A stretch of 64,000 nt of DNA. It comes from Calcarisporiella thermophila CBS 279.70. Lineage: Eukaryota > Fungi > Calcarisporiellomycota. This document shows, in pieces, positions 24,766 through 42,224 of this stretch. The stretch covers positions 326,970-390,969 of the forward strand of contig NW_027192212.1 of NCBI RefSeq assembly GCF_041956535.1. Reading direction: 5' to 3'. Under the pieces are notes generated by a model. That model saw only the letters and a list, made by a program, of their open reading frames with translations, did no database searches and was not told the origin of the DNA. Numbering within the stretch: the stretch's first letter is position 1; each line of letters starts with the position of its first letter. The translations under genes and the position numbers were made by a program.

Positions 24766-25875
24766 ATGAGAGAGTCCAATTTTTCATTTCCGATTCAAAA
24801 CCGGGCTTCGCTATGCGTCACTTCTGCGCTTTACGACCGTCGAGCTCTTGACTGTACTTCGCCCCTTCCGCTCACCAACTCGCTTATGCACCTTGCCAAT
24901 CTTATAGCCACGTCGGAGCGAGTCCGTGACATCTTGATTGCTGACGGAGGCCTTGAACGACTAGTACAATTATTTCGGACTGCGCAATCGGAGGTTGTAC
25001 ACAACGCTACTATTCACAGCCTCTCGTTTCAATGTTTATACAATCTTGTTGCTAACGGATCGGAACGAATACGCACACGCGTGGTTGAGTCACGGTTTGT
25101 GCGGGAGCTCGCCCAGGTTCTTGAAACCTATCTAAAGCGAATTGATGCCATCCATGCACGCCGTCGAGCAACAAAAGCATCCACGGCGGAAGCCTCAGCG
25201 CAGATAGCTGAAGAAGAAGAGACAGTTCCAAGTCTTATGCGTCCGCGACGGCCTCCTGAGTCTGCCCCTAGACCTTCAAGGTCAGAGGAGATTTCCGGAT
25301 CATTGCAGGGGGTAGAGCGTTCGCCAAATGTTCCCACAATGATTGTGGGAGAGGGCACTATCCCTGCACCGTCAGAAAGACGCACTATGACCCCCCATGC
25401 TACCGCTGTGGCAACCTCGGCAGCTCTCCGTGCAAGCCAGATCGTCTTACGTGAGGATATGCTACTATCACTGCAGGTGCTTGCGTATCTCTCGTGCCAT
25501 GCCTCCCTGCGTGAGATACTTCGCTTTTCGGTGACAGGAGGGGGAGTACTACACTTGGTAGAGAAGCTTACACATCGTGGAATTTCCCCCGATATCCAAC
25601 AATTAGCAGGAATGATAATGCGGAGTGCATGTCGGAAAGATGAGCGAACAGGTTTGCGACCATGCGCGCATCTATTTTGCCATCGCAGAGAGCGATTCCC
25701 CCGCGAGTTTGCAAAGTGCCAACGTTGTGGAAAAGCACGCTATTGTTCGAAACATTGTCAGCGTCGCGCGTGGTCTGATGGGCATCGGTGGTGGTGTTTA
25801 CCTCGTGAGAGATCTGTCGAAGAGCATCAAGACCGTCGTCTGTCCTCTCAAACCGGTTTTGCGATGGCAGGATAA
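24766..25875 (+). CDS. MUB1: MYND-type zinc-finger protein SamB/Mub1 (intronless)
   Basis: MRESNFSFP.QNRA.LCVTSALYDRRALDCT..LPL.NSL.HL; C-terminal CAHLFC...EFAKCQRCGKARYCSKHCQRRAWSDGHRWWC. Confidence 0.92.
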   Translation: MRESNFSFPIQNRASLCVTSALYDRRALDCTSPLPLTNSLMHLANLIATSERVRDILIADGGLERLVQLFRTAQSEVVHNATIHSLSFQCLYNLVANGSERIRTRVVESRFVRELAQVLETYLKRIDAIHARRRATKASTAEASAQIAEEEETVPSLMRPRRPPESAPRPSRSEEISGSLQGVERSPNVPTMIVGEGTIPAPSERRTMTPHATAVATSAALRASQIVLREDMLLSLQVLAYLSCHASLREILRFSVTGGGVLHLVEKLTHRGISPDIQQLAGMIMRSACRKDERTGLRPCAHLFCHRRERFPREFAKCQRCGKARYCSKHCQRRAWSDGHRWWCLPRERSVEEHQDRRLSSQTGFAMAG

Positions 25876-26749
25876 TGCCCAGGCTCTTTATCCGTAATAT
25901 GACCCGTATATCTCGAAAGATATCCATCCCATCCTCATTGTCCTATTCCGCATTTATCCTGACATTTTACCCCCAATCCGGAATCAAAGGTACTTAGGAT
26001 GGATAATTTTTTTTTGTATCTATATATCGACCTTTATATCAACATTCAAAATTCTCTCTTCTATTTTTGTATATCTTTCTTTTTTTAGTATATATATACA
26101 CACATATATTTTCTATATCTATTATCTAAAACTGCTCTATTCATGACGGATATCCCTTCACTATGTCTATGCTCATACCATTTCCTTTTCTCATTCCTAT
26201 GGCTATTTTATATGCTTTTAGCTCCACATTTCCACATTTCTCTTTTTTCTCTTATGTTAGGCATTTGGGTAAATGTATTCGTGCTGCAGCTGGGTGGTAG
26301 AGGGAGATTTTTATTATCTTTTCCCGACATACTATTCTGATACTTTTCTTTATTTCTGTTGTTGAATGATAAACCCTTTTTTTTTTATTGACAAAAATAC
26401 CTTCTTTTCTTTCCCCTTCTCTATCTGTTTTGTGTGTATCTGCCCCCACTATTTTGTATTTTTTTTTTTTTACAGCATGGTTGCGAAGGGATACAAGAAA
26501 ATAAAAATACATCATGTATGTTGTCACTACTGGCCCTGTCTAATGACAATCCCGTAGTTGTTTAAGATTTCTTATCCCTAGAGGAGATATTATCTAGTCA
26601 AAGGCTGAGTTCATAGCAGCGAAATTTTAGGATTCATCGAGCATTCCGCCGATTGCGAGTGAGACTGCCAAATATCACAGTCACAAGAGATCAATAAAAC
26701 AGACTTGGACAATAAGGCAGTCGAACGGAAAAAGCATTATAGAAAAAGA

Positions 26750-27657
26750 ATGAGACCAGACAAGCGCGACTCGGCCCAGATCCGCGCTCTTTCTTGCGCA
26801 CAGAATGTATTAAGTCGTGCGGATGGTTCAGCGAGATTTGATTTCGGCAAAACCTCTGTGCTCTGCTCCGTACATGGCCCCGCTGAAGTGAGGTTGAGAG
26901 AGGAAAAATTGGACAAGGCGACGTTGGATATTAGTATTCTACCACTGAAAGGAATCTCCGGTACACTACACTAGAATTTGACCAGTGTATTCATTCTTTA
27001 TTGATCGTGCTCTTCCTATACAGGGACCAAGGACAGAGTGGTTGAGTATTTCTTGCGATCGACGCTCGAGCCAGTCATTCTTACCACCCTTCATCCGCGT
27101 ACATGCATTCAGGTCATAGCTCAGGTCTTGCAAAACGACGGCTGTGTAGGTTTCTTGTTTTAAATTTGTGCCCGCCCCTAACTTATCTCCATTCCATTTC
27201 GCTAGGTGCTTTCCGCCGTCATCAATGCCGCTTCCCTTGCCCTCATCAATGCTGGTATTCCAATGCGCTCAGTGCCTGCATCTGTATCCTGTATAGTTAA
27301 AGACGGAAATATAATATTGGATCCGGCAGAAGAAGAGATGGAGGTAAGGACACCCAACAGCAATAGCTAGCATGATATTGAGTCAAATTTTTGGTGATAG
27401 AATTCCACTTCCACACATACATTTTCGTTTGACAGCGAGGGGCAATTGCTCTTGTGTGAGAGCTTGGGCTCGTTTACAGATACAGAGGTAAGAAAAGAAT
27501 CTTCCCTCACCAACCATGCTGCCATGGCTCACATTTCTCTATTAAGTTTGACAAGTGTTTAAGCTTATGTCTCGATGGGGTAAAAAAAGTACATGGATTT
27601 ATGCGGATGGCACTAGAAAAGAAGATGGAGAAAGAGCACCAACAACGGTGCTCTTAG
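26750..27657 (+). CDS. RRP46: Exosome core subunit Rrp46/EXOSC5 (5 exons)
   Basis: RPDKR...LSRADGSARF.FGKTSVLCSVHGPAEV; HPRTCIQV..QVLQNDG; AVINAASLALINAGIPM; ILDP. Stop TAG at 27655-27657. Confidence 0.9.
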
Positions 27658-27935
27658 CACTGTATTGTTAATAAACATGCTATGATTATCTCATAATTTC
27701 ATTAGATCTTGCTGTTGTCTAGATACAGCTCAAACCTCTATAACTTTCAATTGAGTGAACAAGCCAAGGTCATAATAAGCTATTCAAACCCAACATATTT
27801 CTTTGGAGTGAGAGGCAGGAAAAAAAATGCTGTTATTTATCCTCTTTCTACTTAAAGGTTTTAAAAAGTTTATTTTTCCACCAAAAATACCAAAAAAAAG
27901 TACGTTCTCTTAAATTGTGAATGAGGAATAAATGA

Positions 27936-28701
<766 letters not shown>

Positions 28702-31700
28702 AGTTACTGATATGTAATTTAAATTGAGGGTTTGTTTAGTAAAGAGGAAAAAGGTTCAAAAGAAAGCAGTGGAAGCAAAGAGAAGCTAGAAAAGCCATCA
28801 AGTGACGATATCAGATGACGAAGCAGCCTATTCGATCTCCCCTTTGTAATCTCATTAATCCCTATAATTTGATTCATAACATTTTATTCATATTAATAGG
28901 CCATAAACTTTCTGAATTACTTACCTATCAGTAACAAAAATAGCAGTTGCTAACTGTAAAATCTACTTATGCCCCTATTCTTAATGTCCAATTCAGTGCA
29001 TCACCGAGTATCATCAACCACATAATGCGCGTGAAGCACATAATATTCCTCGATGGCTGTTACTTTTTTCATGTCAGCATCTCCTGCATCCTTAAGCAAC
29101 AGCATTCGATTATAATGTTTTGAAAGATTACTCACAGCCCAACATGCATCACCGGCCATTTTTCTCTCGCACAATATTACTCTCCTCATTCTATCTGATT
29201 TTAGGCTCGATTGATTTGCAATATCATGTCGACACATTGATCGACTGCAAAATCATTTCCTTCTGGATTCATTACTTTTTTTTAGTTGGTGACTCGACAT
29301 TCACTCTCTAGTCAACCAGAAAAAAAAACACACCTAAATATCTCCAAAACTGCCTTTGAAGGATAAAATGCTTCAACTTAGATAATACTTTTTTTCGGTC
29401 TCATAATATTCTCTAAGTTTCCTTCCCATTAAGTGGACGGATCGTACGGTGGCAAGGAATTTGCAGGCTTTTTAGAGACTTGCTTATAGGATTTTTGAGT
29501 TTGGATTAGACAGACTATTTCTAGAGGGGAAAAAAAAATTGAGTGCAATTTGAAGCAGGCCTGGTCTCTATTGGCATATTAAAGGGCTATTCTTACAATA
29601 CATCACTTGCAAGATACTATACTCTTGCAAGTAGTAGCGTTGTTGAAGCCACTATCATTGTAAATAGCTCTCTATTAAGATACGAAGCTAAAAAATCAAA
29701 ATCGAAGCCCTCTCTCAATGTCCTGACTCGAAATCTCTCTTACTATTGTTTGACGATGGCAAGAAACTTGAGAGGAACATAAATATACAGGCCATGGTAA
29801 TATCGGTGGTACCGCAAGTGAGATATCACCCTATTATTGGCATGTTCTTGACGGAACTCGTTTGCTGCGCGCTAGACCGTGGAGGCTAGGACACCGACGA
29901 ATTAAGCGAAAGATCTAAGTGGCTGTGGAAAAGCGGATGGATGATCGAGTTCAGAGTTTGCTTCTGAAATAGATGAGCCATTTGACACCCCTCCACAGGA
30001 TAGGCAAAACTTTGCTCTTTAGCGTGACCAAGCGCTGTCAAACCATTTAAAGTAACAGAATTTCCAGAAGATCCATCACCTGTCTAATTTTATATGCTGT
30101 ATATTGTCCGCTTTCTGGCTTTTGACTTGAATATAGGGAATTAACTTACTCCTAAAGCCATCATTCACTAACCACAGGGCTGAGGGACCCTATAATTTGC
30201 TAATGTGAAAAGAGCCCCAAAATTGCCCACCGCCTTAATAGCCTCCTTTGCCAAACTTCGGATTCACAGGTTTATACAACAGAGCGCACGGAATTTGGAA
30301 AGAAAAATGTAACAGAACAAGATTATTCAGGCTTACACATTAGCGTTCGTTTGTGGCAAAGCCACTCGCTTCGGATATCGTACCGTTTATCATATAGAGA
30401 GTATAGCAATCTGGTGCGCACTAATAAGCATTTGTATTGTAGATAGACAAGAGAGATAGGATTGGATACAGATTGGCCAGTAGCATCGAATTTCCAAAAG
30501 TATCTTTAATGCTTCATTTCGAAATTCCTCTGCAGCGTATCTTCATTGCACCAGGCCTTAGAGGCGATATAATTAACCTGGCATAGCAATTCTGCCTCCA
30601 CCATGAGATGGCTTTGAATTACATATGCTCTAGCTCCTTTCCTTTTTCGCCGAGATTGAGAGAGCCCCACCATCAGTCAGTGAACAACTGGATGAGCCAC
30701 CTTAGAAACTCGCAAGACCGCCCAAATATTCCAAGCCTTGCAAACAGAAACTTCATCTAGCTCGTCGATACCGAAAGAAGTGTGGACGACGGAGTCTAAA
30801 TAGTCAGTTACCCTGAAGGGCCGCGGTAGCCGGGACTAGAATGCTTGTTTAAATCCACATTGGTATATTATCCATATTTTCAACAAAAGATGCCTTTTCC
30901 AGAATATGAACGTTAATGCAATCTTTCCACGACGAGTAATTGTATTTCGATTTCCGCGCATTTCTTCTCGGGCGCCATTTTATTCTAGCGCACGTCTTCC
31001 GGATTGTGTGAAGCCGCATCTCAAAGGCCTGGGAATGTGTGCTGTATTTATTCGCGCGCGCAAGGACCAGTATTCCTTGGACAATCAGACCTGTTTGCAT
31101 GCTCTATAGTTAGGAAGGGGGCTCTGGGGAGAAAATTGGAGGACGCGGAGAGTACACGCGGGAAATTTTGCTGTGAATGGAAAGCTTGCGGAGCGTCAAT
31201 CAGGCTCGGTTTGTAAATATGAAATCGCGGGCAGCCGCTGCATTTGGAGTCAAGCGGCGGCGGTGCCTGGGAGGCGTCGGCAGCTTTGGGCGGCCGGTGG
31301 GATGGGGCCTTTGACAGAAACCATGCGAGAACAGAAAAGCTTATCTTCTCTTCTCAATTCCACCTTGGACTACTCCAAACCTTAAGCGGCACAAGCTTTA
31401 AATTGCTTAAGACGGGTCATAAGCCGAGCGCGGCGCTCGAGGCTGGCTTCTGCAACCTCGGGCACGCGCCCCTCGCCGGACCCGCTCCTGGCAGGAGACG
31501 AGGGCGCTTGGGCCTGGGCCGGCCGTGCCGCCGCAGAGGCGGGGCTTGAGGGCGAGGGGCCGTGACGGGCAGCTGTTTGCGGCCATAGTTCCAATCTTAA
31601 ATAGGCCTTCCGTGGAGAGATTATTAGTTGTCCCACTGTCGCTGAACCTTCAAGTAGCGTTCTGCCCCGGCCATTTGCAGCTTTTAACTTTCTCTTAACC

Positions 31701-32215
31701 TTAAGGCAGGAAAAAGCCAAACCGGAGGCGCGTTTCCATTTATTCCCTAGGCCAGAGCACATAGCGGGCACACGGTGACCAGCAGAAGTGCGGGCGGTGC
31801 TACGGAAGAGTATCGATGTGCGAGCAAGCTCCTTGAGGCCAACCACGGCACCAAAGTAAGTTCTGCGACCGTGCTCAAGCGAGGTACACCTACTCTGCGG
31901 TCGGCCTTTATTTTTCCTTGTTTGCATCTCAGTAAGTCAGGTGGATGCCGGCCGTCGGTTTGCGTCTGCTATTTCCTCTCTTTTCTCTGCCGGCGTGCTC
32001 TGTTCTCCTGCATGACCCCCTCCCCGCTATAAGTCTTCAAATAGCAGTCTTTCAAGCGATATCCCAGCATCAGCATCCCACGATATCCCCACCTCTCTCC
32101 AATAAGCAGCCCTTGCTATCCCCCTTCATTTCCCCATCCCTTCGGCAATCCCATCATTGCCATCCTCCCCATCCTCCTATTTTCTAGTGCATGATTGAAA
32201 ATAGAGCTCACCGCA

Positions 32216-33713
32216 ATGGGACTAGGCTTCTTATCGGGGCGCTTTAAGGAGTTGCGCGAGGCAAAGAGGGTCAGCGCTGCAATCGATATGCAGCTGACCG
32301 AGGAACGCATGGACATGGTCCGGGACAAATCCGCTAAAATACTACTATTAGGTTAGTCCCTGATTGTTTTCGTGTTGATGAAATACCACTCAGACCCCCT
32401 TCTGAACTTCTCGCATGTCTTCATTAGGGTCTGCCGAATCTGGGAAAACAACGGTTAGTTTCGCGTAGCTTGATCGATATTTTTCCCCGCTCCCTAATCC
32501 CCAGCTCCCATTTCCTAGGTTCTCAAGCAAATTCGCCTGCTTCACGGAGACAACCTCGCCTCGCTACGTGGCCATTTCAAACACGTAGTCTACCTCAATA
32601 TCCTCCACGCCATTCACTCGCTTGCCGTGGCCATGCTCAAAAACCATATTGCCCCTACGTCAGCAAACGCGACCGAAGCATTGCACACTATCGTCAACCT
32701 TGAGACTCTTGCAGAACCTATCCTGTGGGACGGAAAGCTGATCCTTGGGGCCCCTTTCGTGCCCGGCCAGCCGCCACCCCACCCTGGGAGCGTTTTCCAG
32801 CGAGAAGAGTATATCGGGTCCCTCTTCCATGCAACGGTGCCCGCAATCCTGACGCTGTGGGCGGACGAGTCTGTGCAAGATGTCTACAAGATGGGGATAG
32901 CGGAGGGCTTGCAGGATACTGCAAAATAGTAGGCCGTGATGCTATGATTGAATGGAATGCCTGGCTCTAACCGCTTCTCTCTTGAACAGCTTCTTAGACA
33001 ATGTGGAGCGCATGGCATCGTACGACTACGCTCCCATAGACGACGACATCGTGCAGGCACGAGTGCGTTCATGGGGCATCTCCGAGCATTGTTTCACTAT
33101 AGATAATCGAATATACAAGATCTACGACGTTGCTGGCCACCAGTCCCAGCGCAAGTACTGGGCGCCCTACTTCGACAATTGCCATGTTATCATTTTCGTG
33201 GCGGCGGTCTCCGCCTTTGACCAGACGCTCGCGGAGAACACAGAGGTCAATCGGTTGAAAGACTCTGTGGATCTGTTTGAATCGATATGCAACCACCCGT
33301 TACTCGTCTCCACACCAAGCATCCTATTCCTGAATAAAACCGACGTGCTGAAGCGAAAATTGGAGAGTGGGGTTCGGGTGGCGAAGTTCTTTTCAAACTA
33401 TCGGTAGGTGAGCTTGTCCGCGCTAGCTCCGATGATGACTAACCCATTGCTTCCGAATGTTAGGGGGTCGAACGAATTCGAATCGGTGGTCTCTTACTTT
33501 GGCAAGAAATTTTTGCGTAGAAACAAAACGGGGCTGGTCTATATACATTTGACACATGCCACAGGTAAAAATCTTCTTGGCCTTGGTGGTGAGGCGAATT
33601 CACTCAACCCTTCACTAATTTCTCTTTTAGACACGAAGCATATGCGATTGATCGTGTCTACGGTGATATTGCTTGTTCAGCGGATGATGCTAAAGACATC
33701 TGGGTTACTCTAG
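32216..33713 (+). CDS. Atypical heterotrimeric G-protein alpha subunit (6 exons)
   Basis: MGLG...KILLLG|SAESGKTT|VLKQIR; YAPIDDDIVQARVRSWGISE; YDVAGHQSQRKYW; IIFVAAVSAFDQ.L.E...NRLKDS..LF; ILFLNKTD; YIHLTHAT|DT; C-terminus LKTSGLL. Confidence 0.9.
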
Positions 33714-34155
33714 ACTCTTCGCAATTTCTTTCTCTGGCTATTTTCTGGCTAATTTCTTTTTTTTTTCTTCTTTTCTCCTCTCCCTTCGCTTTCTTAGATT
33801 TAATGGCGTGATATTATTATTATTTTTATTATTTAAGCATTCCTTTTTTATGATTTTTTTTTCTGTATCATTTATACTCATATCAATTATGATACTTGAC
33901 TGTATAACATTTCTGATATCTTTTGCAGGCTCTCCTTTCTCTCTTTCCCCTCATCCCTCCCTGACTTCTAAAAATTCCCCCTCCGAGATATTCACCTTAT
34001 TATTTATAAATAGGTGGATTTTTTTATTGTTGAATCGTTTGTTTGTGAAAGCTTATATTTATTTTATTTATTTTATTTTTCCCCCTCTTCTCCCCCTTTA
34101 TTACGATTAATCTAATAGATTTGTTATATTTTTGGCTTAATCGAAAAAAAAAATT

Positions 34156-35509
34156 TTACACCACCCTCAGTGGGTCTCTGTCCTCTTTGCTAACGATAAT
34201 CTCAATTGGCTCGCCGCCATCCTGCGCTAGAGCCTCTTCAAGTTTACCCTTGAGCACCGCAGATAAATACCCGCGCTCCGTATTAGAGTGTTCACCTATA
34301 TACAGAATGAGCTGATCATCCAATGGGGCGAAAGCGAGAAAGACTTGAAAATTTACATAGAATCACGCTTGTTCCATTGGCATTAGCAGCGAGCACATCA
34401 TGATGGGACATCTCGCCCGCAAGGAAGAGATCGGCAGGAGTAGAAAGTAGCATGGAGCCTACACGAGACCGCGTCTGAATATCCTTTTACACAACTTGAA
34501 TAGAACACACCCTATTTTTACCTGACCCTGCGCATATTCTGGTGGCGAAAGCATGAGTTAGACTGAGCAAGAACATGAGGCAAATAGAGAGGTGATTCTT
34601 TACCCAATCGTTTTGATTTCCTGTTTCATTCCTTCCTCAACTGTCGCAATTCGAACTATCCACGAAATTCTCATTGAGTACGAGTCAAGTGGCCAAAGCT
34701 ATGGATGAAAACATTACCATGGCTCAACTGAAAATGTTTTTTCACGCGTTCGATGATATTTTCTAGTAAGGTTGGTTTATGGAGAGTGGACAGTCGACCC
34801 ATTCCGGCTCCTTCGTGTCCTATACCCCGCACAATTAAACATAAGTTGTCGCGTTCACATGTATAGACTATAATCAATGTCGCAAGTTGAATGCATACCC
34901 TCCGGTGGATTGTCAGCAGGTGTAATAGGCTTGGTAGTTCCTTCTCCAAGCCCCGAGGCGATCCAATCATTCACACCTCCAACTGAGCTATCTACAGCGG
35001 TGTGTGGTGAAAATACCGCTACGCCACGAGATATGCATTTCATAGCCATATTCTGTTTAGGATCATCGAGGCATAGGCGCTTGATGGGTTTAAAAAGCGG
35101 GGGATGATACGCAATTATCATACCGAGCTAATGCGAAATATTCGTCACCTTTGAAACACTGTAATAGCAAACTAATTATTGTTCTTACTCGGTCATAAGA
35201 AAATGCTTCATCCAAGACACGAGGAGTTAAATCGATTGTGAGAAATATCTGATTAGCATTGGGGCGAGGATAGGGTGGCTCTAAAGATATGCAAACGCCG
35301 TGCTATTGTAGTTGAAAAATGAAGAATTGTAACAGCATTTACCGATTAATAGCCCGACATTATCCCAAGTAGTGTCGGCAAGTTGAAGCTAACGTATGAA
35401 ACACAGAGAATGGATGAGAAAAGTTCAATGGATATTCTTCAGCATGAATGGATGTAAGTACGGGAGCAATGCGTTCAATTGCTTTGCTAACGCGAGCAAC
35501 AAGCGACAT
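34156..35509 (-). CDS. NIF3: NIF3/NGG1-interacting factor 3 (GTP cyclohydrolase 1 type 2 family; multi-exon)
   Basis: IERIAP|LQLADTTWDNVGLL; LTIDLT; IIAYHPPLF; SPHTAVDSSVGGVNDW; GMGR; ICAGSG; GEMSHHDVL; EHSNTERGYL; DRDPL. Confidence 0.92.
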
Positions 35510-35631
35510 AACTTTAGTTTTTCTGTTGAGATAGTGCTGGTGGCAAAAGAATAGTAAGTAAATACACGAATATACAAATAAAAGAATTCCAGGTATCCCA
35601 CAGATATCCGTTGTTTATCCCCCATTTAATT

Positions 35632-35640
35632 ATGATTCAT
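35632..35640. promoter_or_regulatory. Gcn4/CpcA-like element ATGATTCAT in the NIF3/ARO1 divergent promoter
   Basis: One central mismatch to ATGA(C/G)TCAT, about 120 bp upstream of the ARO1 ATG; the context is AT-rich. Confidence 0.25.
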
Positions 35641-35706
35641 TAATCATCCGAAATAAATTCTCGATGAAAGCAAAAAAAAACACTTAGCACTTTTTATTTT
35701 CTCTAA

Positions 35707-40486
<4,780 letters not shown>

Positions 40487-40914
40487 TATCGTTCTATTTT
40501 TATGGCCTTATTCAATTATATATATATATCGAAGTAAAAGAAAAAAAAAGAAATCCAATGTTTTTGTCCGATGCCCATGAATGAACTTTGAATAAAACTA
40601 GTCTTGGCCAGTTGATGAAAAAGTGCAGTATCCAAATTCTAATGCTCATTTGACACAGGTGAAAAGAATAAAGAATTTTATAGGAAAAAAAAATAAAAAA
40701 ATAATGTAAGTAATTAAGAAAAAAAGGTGAACACCCTTGTCACACATTTACTCACACACTAAAACATAGACACTACTAACAAAAAAGCAAAGACGATAAT
40801 AAAGATAAAGAGAAGTGTATAAAAACAGAATCGTCCCATCCATTTATATAAAAAGTAGAGGACAAGGAGTAAGAATATATTATCTGAAATAATATATACC
40901 GTTTCTTTTTGTTT

Positions 40915-42224
40915 TTACTTGGACTCGGCCCCGTTCTCCTGCTTGCTCTCCGATGCGGATTTTGAATCCTGGTGAGCATGCTTTTCCTTCTCCTTCAACC
41001 GTTCTTCTACGCGCCGCAATGCCTCGTTTGTGTCAATAGGCCTGGCGCCACCGAAAGGATCCGGTTTATTTTTGGGGGGTTGTGCCGGGGCCGAAGCAGA
41101 GTCGCCTGAGCTAACCGTCCGCTTTTGCAGCTCCAGCCGTTTACGCTGCTGGGGGGCAGAGGAATCGGAGCCGAACCGGTCCTCGCGCTCACCCCGACGA
41201 TCTGAGTTGCGACGGCTGGAGAATGCGCCACCACTCCAGGAAGTATCCCTGCGCTCTCTGTCATCCTGCCGCTCAAACCCACCGCGTTCCCGGAATCCAC
41301 CACGCCTCTCACCCCTCTCGGCACGGTCACCGCGGTCCTCAAAACCACGACGTCGTGGAGGCTCTACAGGCTCAACGGGGGTTGAGCGCCGCCATGATGA
41401 CACATCTGTCCGATCCACACGGGGCTCCCGTACTGGCCGCTCCCTAGGGGGCTCTGCCACACTAACTCGCACCGCATTGTCCTTGATATTCTGTCCATTC
41501 AAATCCAATGCAGCTGTCAGCGTAGCCAAATCGTCAAATTCCACATATCCAAAGCCTTTGGGCCTTTCGTCGACTTTGTCACGGATGAGACGAATGCTCG
41601 CAACACCTGGACCAAAAAATTCAGCAACGTCCTCATCAGTAACATCAAGTGGGAGATTGCCGATATGTGCAGTGAATGGGGGTTTGGTAGGAAGAGCAAC
41701 AGGAGCGCGCTCCCCACGAGGATGGCGTTCTCTACGTTCAAAGCGGTCGTCATCGCGACGATCGTGGCGATCTGAAATCAACCATCATTTAGAATTGGAA
41801 ATTATTGCAAAATAAATCATCGATCTCTACCGAATCCACGATCACGTTCACGGTCTCCAAATCCACCACGACGGGGCTGCTCTTCATTTTCTATTGCGAA
41901 TAAATTTTGGAATTTAAATAAAAATAAACCGCAACCACTGACAGAAATCACTTACCATTGAATACTGCAGCGGCTATAGGATAGATGCGAAATTAAAATA
42001 TGTTAATAATTGCCGATCATGATGCAAAAATATATTCCTATGTTAGCATATGCTTACGCGCAGAGGGTAGATCCACCATATCATCGGCCCAGGAACCTGT
42101 GGATTGACTCCCCAAGAATTCGCCTAGTGACATTTTTTTCGCTTTTTTCCCAGCTAGTAAAAAGGATAAGGAACAATTAGTTTTCATGACAGCAATCTAG
42201 TCACTGGCGAAAATCGTTACCCAT
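40915..42224 (-). CDS. TIF3: Translation initiation factor eIF4B (RRM; 5 exons, including a 4-nt first coding exon)
   Basis: M|AGKKAKKMSLGEFL...SWADD; LPTKPPFTAHIGNLP...KGFGYVEF; RKRLELQKRT; KPDPFGGARPIDT. Confidence 0.9.

Noticed and set aside
29001-29237. ORF containing DACWAVSNLS, resembling an importin-alpha ARM repeat
   Set aside because: The similarity is limited to about 10 residues, the flanks are not ARM-like, and the match spans a probable splice donor.
31155-31350. GGAAAGCTT ... ACAGAAAAGCTTAT, reminiscent of RNase P/MRP CR-I and CR-V
   Set aside because: It lacks the bulged-U P4 helix, the spacing is short, and no P1-P3 helices are evident. An Infernal hit would be needed.
31244-32187. 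Several 70-180 aa ORFs in the GC-rich region upstream of G-alpha
   Set aside because: No recognisable domains, they overlap on both strands, and they are expected by chance at high GC.
41030-41815. Long antisense ORFs (261 aa opposite eIF4B; similar ones opposite NUP2, ARO1, BRE1 and the LEA_2 gene)
   Set aside because: Shadow frames caused by codon bias and low-complexity sequence on the real coding strand.
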